Assembly (NCBI GenBank): GCA_963702475.1
Contig: CAVPCT010000003.1
Span: 736,001-800,000 of the forward strand
Origin: an uncultured Thermoleophilia bacterium
Lineage (GTDB): Bacteria; Actinomycetota; Thermoleophilia; UBA2241
Direction: 5' to 3'
Length of the DNA stretch: 64,000 nucleotides
In this document: piece by piece, positions 48,430 to 58,158 of the stretch
How positions within the stretch are numbered: the first letter of the stretch is position 1
How the letters are laid out: each line of letters opens with the position of its first letter
Translations under genes and position numbers: made by a program
The notes under the pieces: model-generated
Seen by the model: the letters and a program-made list of their open reading frames with translations, nothing else
Told to the model about the DNA's origin: nothing
The model's database searches: none

Positions 48430-49170
48430 ATGGCGATCCTCGCACTCGAGGACGTGTCCCTGGAGCTCGGCGGCAAGCACATCCTCAACGGCTTGAGCGT
48501 CGAGTTCTGGGAGGGCCACGTCCACGCGCTCATCGGACCCAACGGAGCCGGCAAGTCGACGCTCGCCAGCACCATCATGGGCCTGCCCGGCTACACGCAC
48601 TACACCGGGCACGTCAGGCTCGACGGCGAGCCGCTGGACGACGTGCCGGTGGACGAGCGGGCGCGCCGGGGCATCACGCTCGCGTGGCAGGAGCCGGCGC
48701 GCTTCGAGGGCCTTCGAATGGACCGCTTCATAGCCGCCGGGGCCAGGGACAAGTCGACCGCCGGAGTGCGGAACATGCTGGCCCGGGTGGGCCTGGATCC
48801 CGACCGCTACATCACGCGCAAGGTGGATAAGACCCTTTCCGGAGGCGAGCGCAAGCGTGTGGAGCTCGCCTCCATCCTGGCCATGGAGCCGCGCATCGTG
48901 CTCATGGACGAGCCCGATTCGGGCATCGACGTGGAGGCGCTGCAGCGCATCTTCGACGCGCTCGCCGACTTCAAGGCCATGGGTACCACGGTGATCATGA
49001 TCACGCACAGCATGGCCGTGCTCGAGCACGCGGAGCACGCCTTCCTCCTCTGCAACGGCCAGATCATCGACAAGGGCACGGTGGACAAGATCCGTGGCTA
49101 CTTCTCGCACAACTGCATACCGTGCGGCCACGAGAACGTGCCTGGCCTGGAAGAGCTGGTGCAGGCATGA
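48430..49170 (+). CDS. smsC: SufC-like ATPase of the SMS Fe-S assembly system (SmsC)
   Basis: GPNGAGKSTLA, LAWQEPARFEG, LSGGERKR.EL, DEPDSGID, C-terminal FSHNCIPC (Fx3Cx2C). Confidence 0.85.
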   Translation: MAILALEDVSLELGGKHILNGLSVEFWEGHVHALIGPNGAGKSTLASTIMGLPGYTHYTGHVRLDGEPLDDVPVDERARRGITLAWQEPARFEGLRMDRFIAAGARDKSTAGVRNMLARVGLDPDRYITRKVDKTLSGGERKRVELASILAMEPRIVLMDEPDSGIDVEALQRIFDALADFKAMGTTVIMITHSMAVLEHAEHAFLLCNGQIIDKGTVDKIRGYFSHNCIPCGHENVPGLEELVQA

Positions 49171-50153
49171 GCGGGCCACGCAGGCGACCCGTCGAGGGGG
49201 GCGCCGGAGGGACGCCCCTCAGCGACGTCGCCACCGCCCGCGCCCTGCTGGAGTCGCTCGGCTCCTACGGCCACCACTTCACCGGCGACGACGTCGCCCA
49301 CCTGGAGGTCAGCGGCAACGAGGTCGTCGGCTCGCACCTCGTGCCCGGCCTCGAGATGGACATCGAGCAGCTCGACGACGGCATCGAGGCGCACATCCGC
49401 CTGCGCGAGGGCGTCAGGCTCGCCAACCCCGTGCATATCTGCTTCGGGATGCTGCCGACGGAGGGCCTGCAGCACATCGTCATGAAGGTCGACGTGGAGC
49501 CGGACTCGTTCGCCTCGGTGCAGGCGCACTGCACCTTCCCCAACGCCGTCGAGATCACGCACAAGATGGACGCCGTGGTGGACATCCAGCCGGGCGGCAC
49601 CTACGAGTACTTCGAGCGGCACCTGCACGGCAAGGAGGGCGGCGTCATCGTCGTCCCCAAGACGCGCGTGCACATCGGCGAGGGCGCCCGCTTCAAGACC
49701 GAGTTCGAGCTCATCAAGGGTCAGGCCGGCGTCATCGACTTCGACTACGACGTGGACTGCGACGCGCAGAGCACCCTGCAGATGATCGCCCGCATCATCG
49801 GGCGCGGGGACGACACCGTCACCATCCGCGAGAGCGGCCACCTCAACGGTGAGGGCGCCCGCGCCGTGCTCAACTCGTATCTGGCGCTCAAGGACGAGGC
49901 CCGGGCGGAGGTCTACAACACGCTCACCGCCTCCGCCCCGTACGCCCGCGGGCACGTGGACTGCAAGGAGATCGTGCAGGGGCACGCGCTCGCCAAGGCC
50001 GTGCCCGTGGTCGAGGTCAGCCACCCGCTCGCGCACGTGACGCACGAGGCGGCGATCGGCTCCGTCGACTCCAAGCAGCTGCAGACGCTGATGAGCCGTG
50101 GGCTCACGGAGGACGAGGCGACCGACCTCATCATCGAGGGGCTGCTGAGCTGA
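49167..50153 (+). CDS. smsB: SufB/D-like scaffold (SmsB)
   Basis: PVHICFG, HCTFPNA, ARGHVDCKEI, HVTHEAAIGSVD..QL.TLM.RGL. Confidence 0.88.
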   Translation: MSGPRRRPVEGGAGGTPLSDVATARALLESLGSYGHHFTGDDVAHLEVSGNEVVGSHLVPGLEMDIEQLDDGIEAHIRLREGVRLANPVHICFGMLPTEGLQHIVMKVDVEPDSFASVQAHCTFPNAVEITHKMDAVVDIQPGGTYEYFERHLHGKEGGVIVVPKTRVHIGEGARFKTEFELIKGQAGVIDFDYDVDCDAQSTLQMIARIIGRGDDTVTIRESGHLNGEGARAVLNSYLALKDEARAEVYNTLTASAPYARGHVDCKEIVQGHALAKAVPVVEVSHPLAHVTHEAAIGSVDSKQLQTLMSRGLTEDEATDLIIEGLLS

Positions 50154-50206
50154 CGGTCTGAAGGACCCGCGGGCCGGCAGCTGCGCCCGGAGCCCGACGC
50201 GCGGCG

Positions 50207-51136
50207 TCAGCCGAGCCGGGCGCCGAGTGTCAGGCCCGCCTGCGCCGCCCACTCGCCGGCCGGGAGCTTGCTTCCGCCGGCCGGCTTCACCCGCGCGATG
50301 CGGATGCGGCCGTCCGCACAGGCGACCACGACGCCCTCCGGGGTCACCTCGAGGACCTCGCCGGGGGCGCCGCCGAGGCCCGCGAGGTCGCGGGCCGGCT
50401 GCGGCGCCGTCCCGAACAGCTGCACGACGTCTTCACCGTGTGTCGTCCACGCGCCCGGCTGGGGGTCGCACCCGCGGATCAGATCGTGGATCTGCTTCCA
50501 CGGCTTGCCCCAGTCGACGCGCGCGTTGCCGCGCTCGCAGGGCCCTTCGTAGGTGGCCAGCGCGTCGTCCTGCGCGATCCGCGGCGCCCCGCCGGACTTC
50601 ACCAGGTCCACCGCCTCGAGGAGCGCCTCGACGCCCATCGGGAAGAGCCGCCGGAAGTACACCGTGCCGAGCGTCTCGTCGGGCCCGATGGGCGTCGTCT
50701 TGTGCAGCAGCACGTCGCCGGTGTCGAGCCCGGCGTCGGGCCAGAAGACGGTGAGTCCCGTCTCGGAATCACCGGCGATGATCGGCCAGTTGATGGCGCT
50801 GCGGCCGCGGTGCCGCGGCAGCAGGGAGGGGTGGTACTGGATCGTGCCGTGCGTCGGGATGCCGAGGAACGACTCGGGAATGACCAGGGTGACGAACGCC
50901 ATGACCTGGAGGTCGGGCGCCAGGGCGCGCAACTCGTCGTGCACCTGGGGGTCCCGGAACGTGGTCGGCTGGAAGGCGGGCAACCCCGCGGCCGCGGCGG
51001 CCTCCGCCAGCGGGTCGCGCCCGCCGCCCGGCCCGTCGGGTGCCGTGAACACGGCGACCACGTCGTCGCCGCGCGCCAGCAGCGCCTCCAGCACCGCCTT
51101 GCCGAACGCCTGCTGGCCGTGCACCACGATACGCAT
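50207..51136 (-). CDS. Formyltransferase (Fmt-like / 10-formyl-THF-dependent)
   Basis: YHPSLLPRHRG..AINW, D.GLDTGD, IRGCDPQPGAW; QYHPS rather than NxHxS suggests it is not canonical fmt. Confidence 0.8.
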   Translation of the reverse strand: MRIVVHGQQAFGKAVLEALLARGDDVVAVFTAPDGPGGGRDPLAEAAAAAGLPAFQPTTFRDPQVHDELRALAPDLQVMAFVTLVIPESFLGIPTHGTIQYHPSLLPRHRGRSAINWPIIAGDSETGLTVFWPDAGLDTGDVLLHKTTPIGPDETLGTVYFRRLFPMGVEALLEAVDLVKSGGAPRIAQDDALATYEGPCERGNARVDWGKPWKQIHDLIRGCDPQPGAWTTHGEDVVQLFGTAPQPARDLAGLGGAPGEVLEVTPEGVVVACADGRIRIARVKPAGGSKLPAGEWAAQAGLTLGARLG

Positions 51137-51347
51137 CTGCCCCTCCCGGTCTCGTTCGTGGTCCGATGCTACCGAAGGACACGCGCTGAGTCCCGCCGGT
51201 GCCGCTCGACGCGTCGTTCTGGCGTATGCTCGGAAAAGCGCGTCGTGGTGGGGGTAGCGGCCAGCGCGCGGGGGCGCGCGGGCGTCCGGGCAGGATGCTC
51301 AAGGCGCCCATGGAGCACGGATCGGCCGCAGCGAGAGGAGAGGGCTC

Positions 51348-52361
51348 GTGGGCAGTGTCGTCACGACGGAGTCCCTGACCAAGTCGTTCGGCCCAACGCG
51401 TGCGCTCGACGGTCTGACGTTCTCGGTGGAGCAGGGAGAGGTCCACGGCTTCCTCGGTCCGAACGGCGCCGGCAAGACGACGACCTTGCGCATCCTGCTG
51501 GGACTGGTGAGAGCGGACGGCGGGCGCGCGAGCCTCCTGGGCGGCGATCCTTGGCGCGACGCCGTGGACCTGCACCGGCGGCTGGCGTACGTGCCCGGCG
51601 ACGTCGCGCTCTGGCCGAACTTCACCGGCGGCGAGATCATCGACCTTCTGGGCCGCCTCCGCGGCGGCCTCGACACGAGGCGCCGGGCGGCGCTGCTGGA
51701 GCGTTTCGCCCTCGACCCGTCCAGGAAGGGACGTTCCTACTCCAAGGGCAATCGTCAGAAGGTCGCGCTCGTCGCCGCGCTCGCCTCCGACGCGGAGTTG
51801 CTGCTGCTGGACGAGCCGACCTCGGGTCTGGACCCGTTGATGGAAGCGTCGTTCCGCGAGTGCGTGCGCGAGGAGCGCGAGCGCGGCCGCAGCGTCCTGC
51901 TGTCCAGCCACATCCTCGCCGAGGTCGAGGCGGTGTGCGACCGGGTGACGATCGTCCGGAGCGGCCGGGTGGTGGAGAGCGGCGCGCTCGCCGACCTGCG
52001 CCACCTGGCGCGCACCTCGGTCACCGCGGAAGTGGACGGGGATCCTGCGGGGCTTGTCGGCCTGCCGGGTGTCGCTGCCCTGCGGCTCGATGGCCGGGTC
52101 TTGCACGCCGAGGTGGAGACGGCGCATCTGGGCGCGTTTCTGCCGCGGCTCGCGGACCTGGGAGTGCACAGCCTCACAAGTCAGCCGCCCACTCTCGAGG
52201 AGCTGTTCCTCCGCTACTACGCCGAGCCTGGGAAGCCTGCGGGATCTCGCGGCCGGACGACCGCGGACTCCGCCGCGGACGGCCTCCTTTGGGCGGCGGG
52301 GGGACCCGACTCCGCCGCGGGTCCGGGAGATGCTGACGACCCGGTCGCGGACGACCGATGA
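51348..52361 (+). CDS. ABC-2 exporter ATP-binding protein
   Basis: [30 protein letters not shown]. Confidence 0.9.
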   Translation: MGSVVTTESLTKSFGPTRALDGLTFSVEQGEVHGFLGPNGAGKTTTLRILLGLVRADGGRASLLGGDPWRDAVDLHRRLAYVPGDVALWPNFTGGEIIDLLGRLRGGLDTRRRAALLERFALDPSRKGRSYSKGNRQKVALVAALASDAELLLLDEPTSGLDPLMEASFRECVREERERGRSVLLSSHILAEVEAVCDRVTIVRSGRVVESGALADLRHLARTSVTAEVDGDPAGLVGLPGVAALRLDGRVLHAEVETAHLGAFLPRLADLGVHSLTSQPPTLEELFLRYYAEPGKPAGSRGRTTADSAADGLLWAAGGPDSAAGPGDADDPVADDR

Positions 52362-53959
52362 ACACGTTCACGGGCACCGGCGCCCTCGTCCGGGTCGCCC
52401 TGCGCCGCAGCCGGCTGCTGCTGGCGGGATGGGTCGCCGTGTTCGTCGCGATGGCGGCGTACTCGGCCAAGGCCACGATCGACTTGTATCCGACGCTCGC
52501 GTCACGCGTGGAGGCCGCCGCCGCCGTCAACCGCTCGCAGGCGCTCGTCGCACTGTACGGTCGCGTGTACGACCCGGCCTCACTCGGATCGCTGGCGCTG
52601 ATCAAGACGGGCGGGTTCGGCGCTGTCTTCGTGGCCATGCTCAGCGTCGTCGTCGTGGTGCGGCACACCCGCGCCGACGAGGAGTCGGGCCGCACGGAGT
52701 TGGCCGGCGGCGGCGTCGTGGGCCGAGCTGCGCCGCTTGCTGCGGCACTCGTCGTCGCCCTCGGTGCGGATCTCGTGCTCGCGGCCCTCACCGCCGCCGG
52801 ACTGACCGCCGCCGGCCTGCCGGCCGCCGGCTCGATCGCGTTCGGCCTGGCGTGGGCGGGGGTCGGACTTGCCTTCGCGGCTGTGGCGGCTGTGGCGGCA
52901 CAGGCCGCCGTGAGCGCCCGCACGGCCACGGCCATCTGCGCCGCTGTCCTCGCCGCGGTGTACCTGCTTCGCGCCGTGGGAGATGCGGCCGGGGAGTCTG
53001 GTCTGCGCTGGCTCACCTGGCTTTCGCCGATCGGCTGGTCCCAGCAGTTTCGGCCTTACGCGGGCGATCGCTGGTGGGTGCTGTCGATCACGCTCGCCTT
53101 CGCCCTCGTGACGTCGGTCGCCGCGCTGGCGCTGGCGATGCGGCGTGACCTGGGCACGGGGCTCGTGCGCCACAGCGCCGGACCCGTCGCTGCCGGGCGG
53201 TCGCTGCGCGGTCCCTTCACGCTGGCCTGGCGGCTGCACCGCGGGGCGCTGGCCGGATGGGGCTTGGGATTCGTCGTGGCCGGGGTCGTTTTCGGCGCTC
53301 TCGCGGCGAACGTCGGCGACTTCGTCAACAACGCCGGCGCGCGCGAGCTTCTCGCCAGACTCGGAGGAGAGAAGGGTCTCACCGACTCCTTCTTGGCCAT
53401 GGAGTTCGCGGTGGCTGGGATCGTCGCTTCTGCGTTCGGTATCCAGGTCGTGCTGCGCTTGCAGTCCGAGGAGACGGGGCTGCGCGCCGAGCCGGTGCTC
53501 GCCGCCGCCGTGGGGCGCGTGCGGTGGGCGACGAGCCACGTCGCCGTCGCGGTCGGCGGCACCACGCTCCTGCTGGCTCTGGCCGGCGCCGCGGCCGGTG
53601 TCGCGCGCGCCGCCCAGAGTGGCGCGCCCTCAGAGACCGGCCGTATGGTAGCGGCGGCGCTCGTGCAGGTGCCGGCGGCCTGGGTGCTCGCAGGCGTGGT
53701 GGTCGCGCTCTTCGGCCTTGCGCCGCGGTTCGTGTCCCTTGGCTGGATGGCCCTCGCGGCGTTCGTGCTGGTCGGCGAGCTTGGCCCCCTGCTCGGGCTC
53801 GACCGGTGGGTCATGGATCTCTCACCCTTCGCCCACGTGCCCAGGTTGCCCGGTTCGCCGTTCAGCGCTGCGCCTCTCTTCGCGCTGACCGCGGTGGCGC
53901 TCACGCTCGCCGTCGCCGGTCTGATAGGGCTGCGTCGTCGCGATGTCGGCGGCGCCTGA
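52358..53959 (+). CDS. ABC-2 exporter permease (actinobacterial polyketide-exporter type)
   Basis: [31 protein letters not shown]; many TM helices. Confidence 0.85.
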   Translation: MNTFTGTGALVRVALRRSRLLLAGWVAVFVAMAAYSAKATIDLYPTLASRVEAAAAVNRSQALVALYGRVYDPASLGSLALIKTGGFGAVFVAMLSVVVVVRHTRADEESGRTELAGGGVVGRAAPLAAALVVALGADLVLAALTAAGLTAAGLPAAGSIAFGLAWAGVGLAFAAVAAVAAQAAVSARTATAICAAVLAAVYLLRAVGDAAGESGLRWLTWLSPIGWSQQFRPYAGDRWWVLSITLAFALVTSVAALALAMRRDLGTGLVRHSAGPVAAGRSLRGPFTLAWRLHRGALAGWGLGFVVAGVVFGALAANVGDFVNNAGARELLARLGGEKGLTDSFLAMEFAVAGIVASAFGIQVVLRLQSEETGLRAEPVLAAAVGRVRWATSHVAVAVGGTTLLLALAGAAAGVARAAQSGAPSETGRMVAAALVQVPAAWVLAGVVVALFGLAPRFVSLGWMALAAFVLVGELGPLLGLDRWVMDLSPFAHVPRLPGSPFSAAPLFALTAVALTLAVAGLIGLRRRDVGGA

Positions 53960-54206
53960 CTGTCGCGCCGTCCCGGCCGCCGGCGACCTGCGAGTGGGCG
54001 GCGCACCCGTGCTGCGGCACGCGGGCCGACCGGCGACGACCGCTGCGCCGGCGTCTGGCGGGGAGATCCACGTCTCCCCGCCCGTGCTGCCTCACGCCGA
54101 GCTGCCCGTCCTCAGCCGTGCCGCGGCCGAGCGTGAGGTAGGCTGTCACCGGGCGGCGGACGGGCGAGGGCCGCACACAGCTCAGTGACACTGAGAGGAG
54201 TCCCCG

Positions 54207-54755
54207 ATGAACGCCGTCGTCGTCTACGAGTCCCTGTGGGGCAACACTGCCGCGGTCGCCGCGGCCATCGCCGAAGGCATCGGGCACGGTGCCCGCGCGC
54301 TCTCGACCGCCGGGGCCACCCCCGAGGTCGTGGCCGGCGCCGATCTGCTGGTCGCCGGGTCGCCGGTGCTGGGCTTCAAGCTGCCGACCGAGAAGATGCG
54401 CGAGGGCGCCCTGAAGAACCCGGGCGGGATGCCGCCGCGGCCGGCCGATCTCTCGCACCCCTCCGTGCGCTCCTGGCTGGAGACGGTGCCGCGGGGGCAG
54501 GGGATGGCCGCGGCGTTCGACACGCAGGTCCGCGGCCCCTTCGGCAAGGCCGCGCCCGCCATCGCCGAGGCCCTCGAGGCGGCCGGCTACCGTCGGGCCG
54601 CCGACCCGGAGGGCTTCGTCGTCTCCGGCAGGTTCGGGCCTCTGCGCGAGGGCGAGCTCGAGCGTGCGCGTCGCTGGGGGGCGGACCTGGCGGCGGCCGT
54701 CGAGGCCGCGACCGCCGAGGCGGCCGGCGGCGCGGGGTCCTCAGCCGCCGGCTGA
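54207..54755 (+). CDS. Flavodoxin-like protein
   Basis: VVYESLWGNT..VA.AIAEG, GSP, AAFDT, GPLREGELERA..WG. Confidence 0.85.
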   Translation: MNAVVVYESLWGNTAAVAAAIAEGIGHGARALSTAGATPEVVAGADLLVAGSPVLGFKLPTEKMREGALKNPGGMPPRPADLSHPSVRSWLETVPRGQGMAAAFDTQVRGPFGKAAPAIAEALEAAGYRRAADPEGFVVSGRFGPLREGELERARRWGADLAAAVEAATAEAAGGAGSSAAG

Positions 54756-54943
54756 CCACAGCAGTCCGGCTGCCGGCGGCGTCGGGTCCGCGGCAACAGG
54801 CCGGATGCCGCCGCGGTATGACCTCCGGCGCAGCCCTCAGGATCCTCCCGGTCGGCCTCGTCCTCTCCAGCACAGGCGCCTGCCGCGGCGGGGTCCGCCG
54901 TGCAGTCCGCATCGTCATGAAATACAGAAAATCAATTTTCCTC

Positions 54944-54988
54944 TTGACTTTAATGATGTTATGACGCACAATGACCGAAGTAAGTCAA
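54944..54988 (+). promoter_or_regulatory. Promoter TTGACT-17-CACAAT bracketed by inverted repeat TTGACTT...AAGTCAA
   Basis: AT-rich island upstream of the DUF2089 operon. Confidence 0.6.
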
Positions 54989-55005
54989 CGAGTCAGGAGG
55001 TCGAT

Positions 55006-55380
55006 ATGTCGCACGAGTGGCACGAGCTGACCGACCTCACCGGTGACCTCCGGTTCCTGGTGACGCGGGTGCGTCTCGACTCCGGTGTCTCCGTCGAGGG
55101 TGAGTTCGAGCTGCCCCCGCTGGCCCGGTTGCGCTACGAGGACCAGGTCTTCGTGAGCGCCTTCGTCCGCAGCCACGGCTCCATCAAGGAGATGGAGAAG
55201 GCCTTCGGGGTGAGCTATCCGACCGTCAAGAACCGCCTCAACCGCATCACCGAGCAGCTGGGTCTGGTGGAGGCGGTGCCGGTGTCCGAGATCCCGTCGG
55301 AAGAGCGAGCCGAGGTGCTGGATCTTCTGGAGAGCGGCGAGATCTCCGCCGACGAAGCGGCCGAGAGGCTGCGGCGATGA
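55006..55380 (+). CDS. DUF2089 family HTH protein
   Basis: IEGEF-like, F...HGSIKEMEK.FGVSYPTVKNRL, C-terminal LESGEISADEA (SHOCT-like). Confidence 0.85.
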   Translation: MSHEWHELTDLTGDLRFLVTRVRLDSGVSVEGEFELPPLARLRYEDQVFVSAFVRSHGSIKEMEKAFGVSYPTVKNRLNRITEQLGLVEAVPVSEIPSEERAEVLDLLESGEISADEAAERLRR

Positions 55381-55658
55381 GCGTGCCGCCACTGGTCCTC
55401 GACCTCAGGGTCGCACAGGCGGACCGTCGCCCCTTCCGCCTGTGGCTGCCCCTGTTCCTGCTGTGGCCCCTTGTGCTGGTGGCGTTCGTCGTGGCCGTCG
55501 CTGTGGCGGCCGCGATGGACGCCGTGGCGCTGGCCGGCGGCCGCCCGCACCACACCACCGCGTTCGTGATCGGCGTGTTCTCCGCGCTCACGGACGCGCG
55601 GGGCACCGAGTTCGACATCGAGAACGAGAAGACCACCGTCCACCTGACGGTCCACTGA
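55377..55658 (+). CDS. Small membrane hypothetical protein of the DUF2089 operon
   Basis: FRLWLPLFLLWPL; ATGA overlap with the upstream gene. Confidence 0.7.
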   Translation: MSVPPLVLDLRVAQADRRPFRLWLPLFLLWPLVLVAFVVAVAVAAAMDAVALAGGRPHHTTAFVIGVFSALTDARGTEFDIENEKTTVHLTVH

Positions 55659-55752
55659 CCAACGAAGCAGAGTCAGCTGGCGGTGCAGCGGAGTGGCACC
55701 GACTACTGACCGACGAAGCAGAGTCAGCTGGCGGTGCAGCGGAGTGGCACCG
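55654..55752 (+). repeat. Two tandem copies of a 51-bp unit
   Basis: actgacc(a/g)acgaagcagagtcagctggcggtgcagcggagtggcaccg at 55654 and 55705. Confidence 0.9.
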
Positions 55753-55776
55753 CCCAGTGAGAGAGGAGAGTCACCG

Positions 55777-56235
55777 ATGAGTGAAGACAGGACCCGCATC
55801 CTCAACCTGCTTGCCGCAGGCAAGATCAGCGCCGACGAGGCGGAGCGGCTGCTCGATGCGCTGGACGCGCACGCGCACGCGGCGACGCCGGACGCCGGCG
55901 CACCGGGCATGCCCGCGCCGGGCATCAGCGGTGACCCGGCGCCACTGATCGCCGCGCTCCCCAAACACCTCTACGTGAAGGTCGACGCGGCGAACGGCGA
56001 CAACGTCAACATCAAGATCCCCATCGCCCTGGTGCGCTCCGGCCTGAAGCTCACGTCGCTCATCCCGCCGCTGGCCATGGACAAGATCAACGACTCCATG
56101 TCCGAGCACGGCATCTCCGTCGACCTCAACAACTTCAAGCCTGAGGACGTCGACGAGCTGGTGACGGCGCTCCGCGACATGGAGGTCAACGTCGACGCCA
56201 AGAACGGCGATACGGTGCGGGTGTACTGCGCGTGA
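55777..56235 (+). CDS. SHOCT-like domain protein (YvlB N-terminus-like)
   Basis: MSEDRTRILNLLAAGKISADEAERLLDAL, VNIKIPIALV. Confidence 0.8.
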   Translation: MSEDRTRILNLLAAGKISADEAERLLDALDAHAHAATPDAGAPGMPAPGISGDPAPLIAALPKHLYVKVDAANGDNVNIKIPIALVRSGLKLTSLIPPLAMDKINDSMSEHGISVDLNNFKPEDVDELVTALRDMEVNVDAKNGDTVRVYCA

Positions 56236-56295
56236 CACCCTGACGGCCGTGCGCCCGGCGGCGCGGTCGCGCGCCGCCGGGCGCACGGCGCGGGA

Positions 56296-56925
56296 TCAGG
56301 GTGTCTGACTCGGGTCGAGGGGCCCGAGGGCCGCGAGCAGCACGCTGTGTGCGAGCGGCTCCAGTCCGTCTGCGGCTTGCGGCAGCTGCGCCAGCAGGCC
56401 GGTCCGCCACAGCTCGGCGAGGCCGTGGACGAGCGACCATAGGTAGGCGCCGAGTATGGCGGCATCGCCCCGTGGCAGCACGCCGTCGGCCTGGGCTGCG
56501 ACCACCGCGTCGAGCAGCCGGCTCCAGGCAGTGGCGCCGTAGGCGGCCGTCTCCCGGAGCCCTCCGCTCTCCGGGGCGGTCCTCGGCGACGCCGTGAAGG
56601 CCGCGTACTGCTCGGGGTGGTCGACGGCGAAGCTCACGTAGGCCGTGCCGAGAGCGAGCAGGCGCTGCCGGGCGCCGTCGCCCGCCCGCGCCTCGGCCGC
56701 GGCCATCCACTCGTCAAGCGCGGCCGCGGCTTCGCCGGCAAGGGCATCCACGAGCGCTGCCTTGTCCCTGAAGTGGTGGTACGGCGCGGCGTGGCTCACG
56801 CCGGCCCGCGCCGCCACGGCGCGCAGTGACAGGCCGTCGATGCCCTGTTCCCTGATGACTGCGACGGCCTCGTCGAGGAGCGCCCGTCGCAGGTTGCCGT
56901 GGTGATAGGCGTCTTTGGGGCTCAT
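56296..56925 (-). CDS. TetR/AcrR regulator (WHG-type C-terminal domain)
   Basis: YHHGNLRRAL, LSLRAVAARAGVSHAAPYHHF, WSLVHGLA. Confidence 0.9.
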   Translation of the reverse strand: MSPKDAYHHGNLRRALLDEAVAVIREQGIDGLSLRAVAARAGVSHAAPYHHFRDKAALVDALAGEAAAALDEWMAAAEARAGDGARQRLLALGTAYVSFAVDHPEQYAAFTASPRTAPESGGLRETAAYGATAWSRLLDAVVAAQADGVLPRGDAAILGAYLWSLVHGLAELWRTGLLAQLPQAADGLEPLAHSVLLAALGPLDPSQTP

Positions 56926-57923
56926 GACCGGGAATATGACACGTCCTCGCGTCCGGTCAGGCCGCCGCGGGCCACCGGCTCCGGCACGGCGTCCGTCCTG
57001 AACCAGTCCACGGTGTGCACCATGCCCTCCTCGAGCGACGTCGCAGTCAGCCCCAGCATCCGCTCGATACGACCGGAGTCCACCGTGAACGGCCGCGTGA
57101 ACTCGTACATCAGCTCCACCATCTCGCGCGCTCCTTTGTCGAAGAGGGCGGCGAGCCTCATCATGCCCGGTCTCACCACCTTGAACCGCGGCTGCCGGCC
57201 GGCGAGCGCGAAGACGCCGCCGAGAGCGTCGCGCTGCGTGACGGCAGGGGCGTGCGGCGCGATCCACACGCCGCCGGCGGCTTCGTCGGAGGAGCCGAGC
57301 ACGACGGCTGCGCGAGCGACGTCCTCGATGTATGCGTAGGAGTGGGGAATGTCGAGCGAGCCGAGGGCCTCACCGGCCTTGCCCGCAAGGATCGGCGGGA
57401 ACACGCGTTCTCCGAATGCCGATGCCGTGACACCCGGGCCGTAGTAGTCGGACGAGCGCAGGATCGAAGCACACACCTCCCCGCGCTCGTGTGCGGCGAG
57501 CACCGCTGCCGCCATCCTCGCGCGCAACTCGCCCTTGCGTGATCGCGGCTGGACCGCCGTGTCTTCGGAGATGGGACCGGAGAACGAGTCGTACATGTAG
57601 AGATTGTCGATGGAGACGTAACGAGCTTCGGCGGCCTTCGCTGCCGCCAACGCGCCGTCCTGGAGCGCGGGGAAGAGCTCGTGCCACCTGTGGTATGGCG
57701 GGTTGAGCGCCTGGTAGACGACCGAAGCGCCGTCGGCGGCGGCAGCGGCAGCGATCGCGTCACTCACGTCGGCGGCCACGATCTGGGCCTCGCCTCGGAG
57801 GAGCGCCGGGCGCTTGCCGGATCTGTTGACGAGACGCACGCGGTCTCCTCGTGCGATGACCGTGTTCGCGATCCAGGTCCCGACCGGGCCGGTCCCGAGT
57901 ATCACATGCAGGCTGTCGGACAT
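56922..57923 (-). CDS. NAD-dependent epimerase/dehydratase family protein
   Basis: ILGTGPVG, VNRSG, DNLYMY, RSSDYYGPG. Confidence 0.85.
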   Translation of the reverse strand: MSDSLHVILGTGPVGTWIANTVIARGDRVRLVNRSGKRPALLRGEAQIVAADVSDAIAAAAAADGASVVYQALNPPYHRWHELFPALQDGALAAAKAAEARYVSIDNLYMYDSFSGPISEDTAVQPRSRKGELRARMAAAVLAAHERGEVCASILRSSDYYGPGVTASAFGERVFPPILAGKAGEALGSLDIPHSYAYIEDVARAAVVLGSSDEAAGGVWIAPHAPAVTQRDALGGVFALAGRQPRFKVVRPGMMRLAALFDKGAREMVELMYEFTRPFTVDSGRIERMLGLTATSLEEGMVHTVDWFRTDAVPEPVARGGLTGREDVSYSRS

Positions 57924-57958
57924 CGTGACGCTCCTTTCCTGAGCGTGGTCATGAGGAT

Positions 57959-57991
57959 ATCTTGACACTGTCAACTTGACGATGTCAAGAT
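57959..57991. promoter_or_regulatory. Tandem palindromic operator TTGAC-N3-GTCAA x2, likely for the adjacent TetR
   Basis: atcttgacactgtcaacttgacgatgtcaagat upstream of the epimerase-tetR operon. Confidence 0.7.
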
Positions 57992-58158
57992 TGCATGGGA
58001 GCCACGGGCCCAAACATGCCTCACTTCGCGAGGTGCTCTGCTGCGGGCCAGCCCGCGCGCCGCCCTGCCTCCGGAACCTCCCAAGGAGTAGGCTTGCGGG
58101 GTAGCCGCCGGGTGGAGGCGAGGGGCTCCCCCGGGCGGGACGACCGGAGCAGAGAGGG

